Source: Candidatus Latescibacterota bacterium (lineage in GTDB: Bacteria; Latescibacterota; UBA2968; GCA-2709665). Taken from it: a stretch of DNA of 64,000 bases. Positions within the stretch are counted from its first letter, which is position 1. Every line of letters starts with the position of its first letter. Position numbers and translations under genes: made by a program. The notes under the pieces are model-generated. The model saw only the letters and a list, made by a program, of their open reading frames with translations. It searched no databases and was not told the DNA's origin. The stretch lies in contig OZ220733.1 in assembly GCA_965116875.1 (NCBI GenBank), forward strand, positions 4,672,001-4,736,000. Direction: 5' to 3'. Of the stretch, positions 20,299-28,154 are shown piece after piece.

Positions 20299-21441
20299 CT
20301 ATTCCTTCCGTACATCCAGCCGGACCTTGCGGGGCTCCACGTCTACGACCGTCAGGTCCGTCCCGTGCCTGATCGACTCGATGCCGAATTCAAAGGTCCT
20401 GCGACCGAACCTCACGTAGTTGGCATCGATTGCAAGTTGGAAGTCGCCCACGGACGCCAGCAGTATGGCGCGGCGCGGGCCCTTCACGGTCACGTTGACG
20501 ACGGGGGGCGTGACACCCTGCAGCGCATAGCCGCCCGGCAGATTTTCCACGCCGACAGCCACTTCGTACGTCGTTTCCTGTACCGCGCTGCCGGGTACCA
20601 GGAATATCCACGCGCCGAATGCCAGCGCGAATGAGAGCAACCCTTCCGCAATGCGCCGCACCAGCCGGCTCCGTCCGTTTCTCCTTCCGCCGGCGACCGC
20701 ATGCTGCGCGTGTTCCTGCAATCTGGCAAGCAGTTCGTCAGGATCGTTGACAACTTCCAGTCGCCCCTGAAGCGCCACTGAGATGGTGCCGCGCTCCTCG
20801 GAAACAACCAGGCACAGGGCATCGCTGCGTTCGGCCAGGCCCAGCGCCGCGGCGTGACGAGTGCCTCCAGGTCCCAGTTCGGCGCGGTTTTCCGATAGCG
20901 GGAGATGTACCGCGAAACGCTCCAGTCTGTCTTGTCTCATCACCAGGGCCCCGTCGTGGCCCGCCGACGACGTACCGAACAGGCTGTCGATCAGTTCTTC
21001 GCTGATGGTCGCCTGCAGTACGATCCCGCCCTGCAGGAGCCTGTCCAGCGGTTCCTGCCCGGGCAGGACCACGAGGGCGCCCCGCCGCTTCGCCGCCAGC
21101 TGATGCATCGCACGAACCAGCACCGCCAGACTGCCTCCGCGGGGGCGCGATATCCGTCTGCCCAGGCCCAATGCGGCAATCTGTTCGAAGAGCCGCCTCA
21201 GATCGTCCTGAAAGACAACGACGAGCAGCACAACCAGCACTGCAAAGAAGCCCTGGAATATCCACGCCGTGAGTTGCAGCTCGAACTGCTGCGCCAGAAG
21301 ATAGAATACGCCCAGAAACGCGAGCCCGATCAGCGCCATTCGCGCGTGCATCCTCCGGGTCCAGGCCAACAGGCCCCAGAACAGGACACCCACGACGGCT
21401 ATGTCCACAAAATCGGTAAATGCGATCTCCAGCAGGGCCAT
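20299..21441 (-). CDS. cdaA: Diadenylate cyclase (CdaA/DisA_N) with C-terminal YbbR/CdaR-like domain
   Basis: N-terminal TMs, VVFQDDLRR, HDGA, GTRHAAA, VSEERG; C-terminal TM plus PPVVNVTVKGPR. Confidence 0.85.
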   Translation of the reverse strand: MALLEIAFTDFVDIAVVGVLFWGLLAWTRRMHARMALIGLAFLGVFYLLAQQFELQLTAWIFQGFFAVLVVLLVVVFQDDLRRLFEQIAALGLGRRISRPRGGSLAVLVRAMHQLAAKRRGALVVLPGQEPLDRLLQGGIVLQATISEELIDSLFGTSSAGHDGALVMRQDRLERFAVHLPLSENRAELGPGGTRHAAALGLAERSDALCLVVSEERGTISVALQGRLEVVNDPDELLARLQEHAQHAVAGGRRNGRSRLVRRIAEGLLSFALAFGAWIFLVPGSAVQETTYEVAVGVENLPGGYALQGVTPPVVNVTVKGPRRAILLASVGDFQLAIDANYVRFGRRTFEFGIESIRHGTDLTVVDVEPRKVRLDVRKE

Positions 21442-21774
21442 ATTCGTAGATTTCCGGCTAGTAATTCTGGTCTTCCGAGTACAAATGCGCGCGCGGGAGG
21501 CGAGGAAATACCCACCGGCCCGAAATATGGGCAATCTTTCACCTTTCGTCAAGAGCCGGGCAGGGAATCATCACGGATCCTGCAGCTGCCTGCCCGGGTC
21601 AACGGCGGCCGGAATATTCCACGATCCGCCGATCTCGCCGGGCAGCCTGAATCGTCCGCGGTATCCGTCTTTCGCTTGGCCGGTACCTGGAAAATACCTA
21701 TATTTACGACTTCTTGCCCAGCAGGGAATGTACATTGATTCATCTCACGCTGTTTTGGAATGGAGGAATGCCAA

Positions 21775-22455
21775 ATGCAGGGCGCGCGGGGACGGATGAC
21801 CAGACGGGAACTCAGGCAGGACGAGTTTGTCAACAGAATACTGGCGGCATGGGCTTACGTGGAAGAGAACTATGTCCGGGTACTTGCCATCGGCGGCGGG
21901 GTGGTTGTCCTGATCCTGCTCGGCGTATTCATCATGCAACAGATGGACGCCCAGGCAAGGGAGGCCGTGGAGGCGGAGGGGCGGGTCCGGGTATTGTTGC
22001 TCCAGGGGCAGGTCGACGATGCCATTCTGGATGCGGAACGCATTGCGGAAGCCTATGGCGGTGACGCGGCGGCGGGTCGGGCGCTTCAGTTGGCGGGCGG
22101 CCTCTATTTCGAAACCGGGCGCTATGCGGAGGCACGGGCCGCATTCGAGAAATACCTGCAGGATTTCGAAGCAGCGGGGCCCGCGAGGTACAGCGCGTGG
22201 TCCGGTATCGCGGCTGCAATGGAAGAACAGGGTGATCCGGCAGGTGCGGCGGCCAGATACCTGGCGTTCGCCGACGAATTCGCGGACTCCCCGTTCGCGC
22301 CCAATGCGCTCAGGGAGGCCGCGCGCTGCTATAGAGTATCGGGAGACACCGTTCAGGCCAGAATGCTGCTGCAGCGCATCCTGGACCGGTACGCCAGGAG
22401 TCCGGTTGCGCGAAGCGCGGAAGAGGAACTCAAGCAGATGGGCGGTGACGGATGA
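21775..22455 (+). CDS. Membrane-anchored tetratricopeptide repeat protein (YfgM-like)
   Basis: RRELRQDEF N-terminus, one TM helix, TPR-like helical repeats; GGAGG SD upstream. Confidence 0.75.
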   Translation: MQGARGRMTRRELRQDEFVNRILAAWAYVEENYVRVLAIGGGVVVLILLGVFIMQQMDAQAREAVEAEGRVRVLLLQGQVDDAILDAERIAEAYGGDAAAGRALQLAGGLYFETGRYAEARAAFEKYLQDFEAAGPARYSAWSGIAAAMEEQGDPAGAAARYLAFADEFADSPFAPNALREAARCYRVSGDTVQARMLLQRILDRYARSPVARSAEEELKQMGGDG

Positions 22456-25400
22456 CGAGTCCGGAACTGAAAACGACCCGGTCCCGTGAATTTCAGCCGA
22501 CCGACCTGGCTGACGACGTCCTGCTGGTGGTCCCGGACGATATGCTGCGGCATTCCGCCGTCGCCGGCGTTCGGGACGCGGTGGGGAAGGTGGGACGACC
22601 TCCGGAAACGATCCCCCAGCGACGTTTTCAACCGTCGATGTTCCGTGAAAAACACGTCATTGCCTGCGGGAATCTGGCAAATAACCGGGCGATCAACCGA
22701 CTATATACCGCCCGGTGTTGTTTTGTGGACACCTGCTTCCCGGGTGCGAACGGATATCTGGTCAAATCGGTTTCAGACCCGTTCGGAACCGGCCGCAATT
22801 GCATTGTCGCGGGCGCCAGTTCCGATGAGGGACTGGAAACGGCTCTTGGGGTCATCGGGGACATCGTCGCTGGCAGCAGCGGCAGTCTGGATCGCGTCCA
22901 CGCCTCGTCTTCAGGTCGTGACCTGCCGCGCCTGCCGGATGCTTCGGAGACGGACCGGATGGTTCGGGACGATCTGAAGATCTGGGGAACGGGGTGGTCC
23001 GCCTCTCCGTTCCGCGGCGGCAATCTGCTGTCCTATCTCTGGCGCCACTATCTGACCGATCATCCGGTCTGGGCGCGTGCGGCGGTGGAAATCCTGAAGG
23101 GGTCTATAGAACCGTGGCGGGCGGAGTGCCGCGCCCATCCGGAGGCCTACCACTGTTTCTTCAACCTGCATCTCTACATCCACCTGTGGGACCTGGCGGA
23201 AGACAGCCCCGTGTTCACCGATGAAGACCGGCTGGGGGCCGTCACGATGTTCGGCGAGTTGTTGAGACATCTCATGGGACTTTCGTACGTCTCGGAGGAG
23301 GTGAATCCTCCGGGCGTAATCCGGCAGAACCACACGACGTTTATCGGGTTGAACCTGGCGGTGGGCGGCGACTACATGACCAGGCGGCACGGAATCCGGG
23401 AGTTCCGGCGGGCGAATGAAATCGCAAGACGCATATTCGAAGGTCAGATGGATTGCTACAAGCCGGATGACGATGGGGGAGTGGGGTACGTCTGGCACGT
23501 GCCCCAGGAGACCCTCAGCTATTTTCTGTACCGCGGCGACGACCGTTATATAACCGGTGGCCACGTGGCGGATCTGTGCAAACTGGCTGTTGTCACAACC
23601 GACAATATGCGCAGCGAATGCGGTTACGGCGATACGACCGGGTATTCCGGGTTTTCCGCGGGCGGATGGGAAGCGCGCCTATGGCCGCTGATGGTTTCAA
23701 CGTGGCATCGTCCGGACCCGGGGCACCTCTGGACGTTGAACTGGCTGGGGGAGGGGAAACGGCCACCGCCGGACCGGGCGCTGCACGGTCTCTATTCGGC
23801 GGTGGAGTACGTGGGGGACGGCTTCGCCATCGACGGCTGCGCGCCGGAAGCGCCCGGCGACCTGCTTGGCATCTGCGTGATGAATATGCCCGATGCCGTG
23901 CTGTCCTGGGTGCGTGGATATACGCCGCCGACGCATCATCCGGAAGCCGGCAGACGATATTACGACAAGTTGTCCCTGCGCCGTGATTTCGATCCCCGTG
24001 GCGAGTACCTGCTGCTGGAAGGCATCGGCACGACCTGCCACGGCCACGAGGATACCAATGCGATCATCCGGCTGACATGGAACAACCACGCGTGGCTGGC
24101 GGACGGGGATTACATCCGGGCGGCGCCCAGGTTTCACAACTCCGTTACGGTGACGCGCGACGGCGTCGGGGTTCTCGACTCGCCGGGTGACGGCGTGGTC
24201 ATTCCTCCACTGGCATCCCTGGGCATCACGAGCGACGGCACGGAACTCGCGACGATCCGTTCCGAAGCCAGGGGATACAACGGCGTAAACTGGCAGCGGG
24301 ACATCTTCTGGCGCAAGGGTCGATTCATGGTGGTCATGGACCGGCTGCGCTGCTTTGAAGCGGGGGACTATCGTCTGCAGTGTCTGTGGCGAACGGTGGG
24401 GGAGACGGCACTCGATTCCGACGGCGTCCACATCCAACAGGAGGGTGAAGGGTTTCACATCCGTAGCGCGGACGGTTCCGCTCAGGAGATCGTGCCGGAT
24501 CCACACGTCAAGAGCCGATGGGGAAGCTATCCGTATTCGGACGGGACGATTACCGTACTCCATCAGCGAGCGGGGTGTACCCTCGATGCGGGATCGTCGT
24601 TTACCTTTCTGAACCTGCTTACACCGGACCCCGGAATTCGCATCGAGCGAATCGGTGCTGACGCGGTAAAGGTGACGGACGGAGATGAAGTCGCGCTGTT
24701 GGGCGCCGGGACCCTTGAACTGGATGGTTTTCAGCTTTCCGGAAGCATGTTCGGTTGCCTCGTCCGTGAGAATCAGGTCCTTGTACACGGCTTCGAACGG
24801 CTGGCCGGGCAGAGGGTCGAACCCTCTGAACGGGTTCTGGACGATCCCGAGCTTGCGGCGCGGATACGCCGCGCGCCGAAAGTCTCATCGGAAGGGCAGG
24901 CCGTCGACCGCCCTCAGGCGTCAGGCGGTCTCGTGCAACGATGGCGCCGCGAGTACCCAAACGATATTCGGGACGTCTCCGTCTCAGCCGAAGGCGAATT
25001 GCTTCTTGCACATGGCGGGGAGGTCTCACGCCTGTCCGAGGCGACTGGCGAGACGGTCTGGTCCAGGTGGATTGACGCGGAAGGCGGCGCCAGCCGCGTG
25101 CTTCTATCGGATATTGAAGGCGACGGGAGTCCGGAAGCAATCGTGGGAACCGAGGACTCGCAGCTGATTGTCCTGGAAGGGGATTCAGGTTCGGAACGGT
25201 GGCGGCGCGGGTTGCGGAACATGTCCAGTCGCGGCGCCCGGGTTTCCGGCATCGCCGTGGCGGATCTGGAAGGAAACGGCGGCCTGAGCGTGCTTGCCGG
25301 TACCGAAGGATGGTTTGTGAACGCATTTGCACACGACGGCAGCCCGAAATGGGCGGAGTGGTTTCGATATCACGCCATCACCGCATTGCAGGTGACGGAC

Positions 25401-25994
25401 ACGGATGGCGATGGCAGGGCCGAGGTCCTGGCGGGCACGGAGTATTACACGCCGCTGACGGTACACAACTTCGACGGGTCGTTTCGCTGGTCCACGTTCG
25501 AGCAGGTCGGATCGCACGGCAACGCCACAACGCCCAGGCGCGGCATCGGTCTGAAACACATGGTGCTGTGCGACCTGGACGGCGACGGCGTTCTGGAGAT
25601 CGTGTACGGCACGGAGGATGGTTGGATCTATGCCGTCAAACCCCAGGACGGCGCCGAGCTGTGGCATATGAACCTGGTGGGGGAAATCACGGGGCTTGTC
25701 GTCCTGGACGATGTGCTGATCGCGGCATGCGAATTCGGCGGGCTCTACGGGTTCGATTTCAGCGGCAATCCGAAATGGCAGCGCCACGAAGCGCAATGGT
25801 GCCACGCGCTTGCCGAGTCCCGCGGCGCGATCGCCGTTGCGGCCAACCGCCGAGAAATCCGGATGTACGACGTTGAGGGACGCTGCCGGGGTTCGCTGGA
25901 AATGCCCGCGAACGTCACCTCGCTCGCCGAGACGGAAGGCGGATTCGTGTGCGCCACCGGGCGGGGGATCGCGTTGCTTGATCTCTCGTCGTAA
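22452..25994 (+). CDS. Large heparinase II/III-like protein with C-terminal FG-GAP/PQQ-like beta-propeller
   Basis: CHGHEDTNAI and FHNSVTV lyase-like motifs; repeated DxDGDG motifs (DIEGDG, DLEGNG, DTDGDG, DLDGDG). Confidence 0.55.
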   Translation: MTSPELKTTRSREFQPTDLADDVLLVVPDDMLRHSAVAGVRDAVGKVGRPPETIPQRRFQPSMFREKHVIACGNLANNRAINRLYTARCCFVDTCFPGANGYLVKSVSDPFGTGRNCIVAGASSDEGLETALGVIGDIVAGSSGSLDRVHASSSGRDLPRLPDASETDRMVRDDLKIWGTGWSASPFRGGNLLSYLWRHYLTDHPVWARAAVEILKGSIEPWRAECRAHPEAYHCFFNLHLYIHLWDLAEDSPVFTDEDRLGAVTMFGELLRHLMGLSYVSEEVNPPGVIRQNHTTFIGLNLAVGGDYMTRRHGIREFRRANEIARRIFEGQMDCYKPDDDGGVGYVWHVPQETLSYFLYRGDDRYITGGHVADLCKLAVVTTDNMRSECGYGDTTGYSGFSAGGWEARLWPLMVSTWHRPDPGHLWTLNWLGEGKRPPPDRALHGLYSAVEYVGDGFAIDGCAPEAPGDLLGICVMNMPDAVLSWVRGYTPPTHHPEAGRRYYDKLSLRRDFDPRGEYLLLEGIGTTCHGHEDTNAIIRLTWNNHAWLADGDYIRAAPRFHNSVTVTRDGVGVLDSPGDGVVIPPLASLGITSDGTELATIRSEARGYNGVNWQRDIFWRKGRFMVVMDRLRCFEAGDYRLQCLWRTVGETALDSDGVHIQQEGEGFHIRSADGSAQEIVPDPHVKSRWGSYPYSDGTITVLHQRAGCTLDAGSSFTFLNLLTPDPGIRIERIGADAVKVTDGDEVALLGAGTLELDGFQLSGSMFGCLVRENQVLVHGFERLAGQRVEPSERVLDDPELAARIRRAPKVSSEGQAVDRPQASGGLVQRWRREYPNDIRDVSVSAEGELLLAHGGEVSRLSEATGETVWSRWIDAEGGASRVLLSDIEGDGSPEAIVGTEDSQLIVLEGDSGSERWRRGLRNMSSRGARVSGIAVADLEGNGGLSVLAGTEGWFVNAFAHDGSPKWAEWFRYHAITALQVTDTDGDGRAEVLAGTEYYTPLTVHNFDGSFRWSTFEQVGSHGNATTPRRGIGLKHMVLCDLDGDGVLEIVYGTEDGWIYAVKPQDGAELWHMNLVGEITGLVVLDDVLIAACEFGGLYGFDFSGNPKWQRHEAQWCHALAESRGAIAVAANRREIRMYDVEGRCRGSLEMPANVTSLAETEGGFVCATGRGIALLDLSS

Positions 25995-26045
25995 AATAAC
26001 ACATGCATCGGTTGCCGCATTCCATGTCCAGACAAAACCACGAAA

Positions 26046-26073
26046 AACCGGTATAACATATATTATGTAAACT
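26046..26073 (+). other. dif-like chromosome dimer resolution site (XerC/XerD)
   Basis: AACCGGTATAA-CATATA-TTATGTAAACT in 11-6-11 layout; right arm matches the B. subtilis dif arm as recalled; intergenic, at the gene-orientation switch. Confidence 0.8.
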
Positions 26074-26117
26074 TGATGCGCTCAAAACGGGACGGTTTCC
26101 CGCTTTTGGGCATTGTC

Positions 26118-26789
26118 CTACTCGAAAGGCTTATTTTTGTCGGTTTTGTCCTGCAGCGTGGACAATCGGGTTTTCAGGCGTCCTATCTCCCGATTTTTAC
26201 CTGCCAGGTCTTCCTTAAATGCCTCACAGCTGTTTTCGAGCACCTTGTTTTTTTCTTCCAAGGACTTCCGTTTCTGCCCGAGCCGGCCCAGTTCTTTTCT
26301 GAGCCAATGCGCCGATAAAGCCGTCTCCTCGCGAGATTTTTCCGACGCCCGGAGGTTTTCGCGCATTCGTTTAACGTCATCCTTGTATTTTCGCGCTTCA
26401 GTCCAACCGGACGCGGACGACGCTTCGAGCTGGGCTTGCCGTTCGTTCATGGCCTTGATTTCAGCCGTGCGTTCCACCAGTGCCCGCTCCACTGCACCCA
26501 GTTTGCCGATTCGCTGCTGCAACCGGTCGTAGTCGTTACGATCGAGTTGAACGAGAGACTCGTGCCGAAGTCCTTCCAGTCTTTCCGGCTCCACTATTTT
26601 TCCATATTTTTTCCTGTAAATTTCTAATATATTTCTCTTTGGGATTCTCCACGCGCCATTCCACTTCACCGCCTTCAGATACTCCCGATCGATGTAGTTT
26701 CGGACCGTTTTCGTGGTCACTTTCAACAAAATCGCGGCTTGTTCGATGGTCAGGTGCTCAGGCTGGGCAATCGGGGCGTCGGACATCAT
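26118..26789 (-). CDS. Excisionase/MerR-like HTH protein with long C-terminal coiled coil
   Basis: LTIEQAAILLKVTTKTVRNYIDREYLKAVK..WRIP followed by an E/K/R-rich heptad region; GGAGG SD. Confidence 0.75.
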   Translation of the reverse strand: MMSDAPIAQPEHLTIEQAAILLKVTTKTVRNYIDREYLKAVKWNGAWRIPKRNILEIYRKKYGKIVEPERLEGLRHESLVQLDRNDYDRLQQRIGKLGAVERALVERTAEIKAMNERQAQLEASSASGWTEARKYKDDVKRMRENLRASEKSREETALSAHWLRKELGRLGQKRKSLEEKNKVLENSCEAFKEDLAGKNREIGRLKTRLSTLQDKTDKNKPFE

Positions 26790-26900
26790 TCCTCCGTCAC
26801 TTGATTATTCTAATGTTTTTCCTGAATTATTATAAGAAATTTCATTCCTGAATTCAAGGGTGAATCACAGGTCGGCATCCCATTCCGGAAGGATACGAAA

Positions 26901-28010
26901 GTGAACGACGCAACCCTGAAACGCACCCCACTCTACCGGCAGCACCTCCAACTCAATGCCAAAATGGTCGAATTCGGCGGTTGGGAGATGCCGGTCCAGT
27001 ATGCGGGTATCATCGAGGAACATCGGGCGGTGCGAACGTCGGCGGGACTGTTCGACGTCAGCCACATGGGGCAGGTCCATGTCTCGGGGACCGGCGCAAG
27101 GGATTTTCTGGCGTACCTGGCAGCCAACGACGTCCGGAAGTTGGACGTCGGCAGATGCCAGTATTCCTTTCTGCTGAACGAACGCGGCGGTACGATTGAC
27201 GACATGATGGTCTATCGGACGGATACGGACGCGTTTACGCTCGTTGTCAACGCCTCGAACCGGGAGAAAGACTGGGCGCACATTCGTTCCGCCGGGACCG
27301 GCCGGAGCGGCGTCCGTATTGAGAACCGGTTTGACGACGGGGTTCTTCTGGCATTCCAGGGTCCTGCCGCGGCTGAAATCCTGTCGGGGCTGACGCCGGA
27401 CGACGTCGGCGCCCTTCGTTTCCACGATGTACGCCCCTGCACCCTTGCCGGAATGCCTGTTGCAATTGCCGCTTCCGGTTACACGGGTGAAAACGGCTTT
27501 GAAATCTTCGCGGGGTCGAATGAGGCGGAATCGCTGTGGTGCGCACTTCTCGACGGGGGCAGGCGCGCGGGAGCAGTGCCCGCCGGTCTTGGAGCCCGCG
27601 ATACGCTCCGGCTGGAGGCATCGCTGGCCCTTTACGGGCACGAACTTGACGAGGATACGTCCCCGCTGGAGGCCAATCTCGGTTTCGCCGTGGCGAAGAG
27701 CGGTTCTTACATCGGTTCGGAAGCGATCCGGGAACAGCTGACAGGCGGCGTCAGGAAGCGGCTGGTGATGCTGGAAATGATCGACAGGGGCATTCCCCGC
27801 CAGGGGTACGACATCCATCGTCCGGACGGCAGCGCCGCGGGTGTGATCACCAGCGGGTCCGTCTCACCCTGGACCGGCAGGATCATCGCCATGGGCTTTG
27901 TGGACCCGAAGCTTGCCCGGCGGGATCAGGAACTGCACGTGGCCATCCGAGACCGGCGGCTACGTGCGAGGGTGGTTCGCCGGCCGTATTACCGTCGCCC
28001 GGGCGGTTAG
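26901..28010 (+). CDS. gcvT: Glycine cleavage system aminomethyltransferase T
   Basis: LKRTPLY, FGGWEMPVQY, GLFDVSHMG, GYTGENGFE, GLGARDTLRLEA. Confidence 0.93.
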   Translation: MNDATLKRTPLYRQHLQLNAKMVEFGGWEMPVQYAGIIEEHRAVRTSAGLFDVSHMGQVHVSGTGARDFLAYLAANDVRKLDVGRCQYSFLLNERGGTIDDMMVYRTDTDAFTLVVNASNREKDWAHIRSAGTGRSGVRIENRFDDGVLLAFQGPAAAEILSGLTPDDVGALRFHDVRPCTLAGMPVAIAASGYTGENGFEIFAGSNEAESLWCALLDGGRRAGAVPAGLGARDTLRLEASLALYGHELDEDTSPLEANLGFAVAKSGSYIGSEAIREQLTGGVRKRLVMLEMIDRGIPRQGYDIHRPDGSAAGVITSGSVSPWTGRIIAMGFVDPKLARRDQELHVAIRDRRLRARVVRRPYYRRPGG

Positions 28011-28060
28011 CGCCTCTCCATCGGGAAAAAAGCGTCCTCCCCCCTACCCTGCCCGCTTTG

Positions 28061-28116
28061 TTTTTTCCGCGCGCGCGGAAAAAAGACCCGGAGTCGCCAA
28101 ACGATTCCGGGTCTTT
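28061..28116. terminator. Double-hairpin, probably bidirectional terminator between convergent gcvT and leuS
   Basis: Perfect palindrome TTTTTTCCGCGCGCGCGGAAAAAA followed by AAAGACCCGGAGTCG-ccaaa-CGATTCCGGGTCTTT. Confidence 0.6.
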
Positions 28117-28154
28117 GTGTCCTGTCCGTTCGATGAAAACGCCCATCCGGGCGG

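Noticed and set aside
26813-26840. Second degenerate dif (IMEX boundary)
   Set aside because: TTATAAGAAAT only partly matches the XerD arm and has no correctly spaced left arm; probably AT-rich promoter DNA
26790-26900. Glycine riboswitch upstream of gcvT
   Set aside because: The spacer is short and AT-rich and lacks the aptamer consensus
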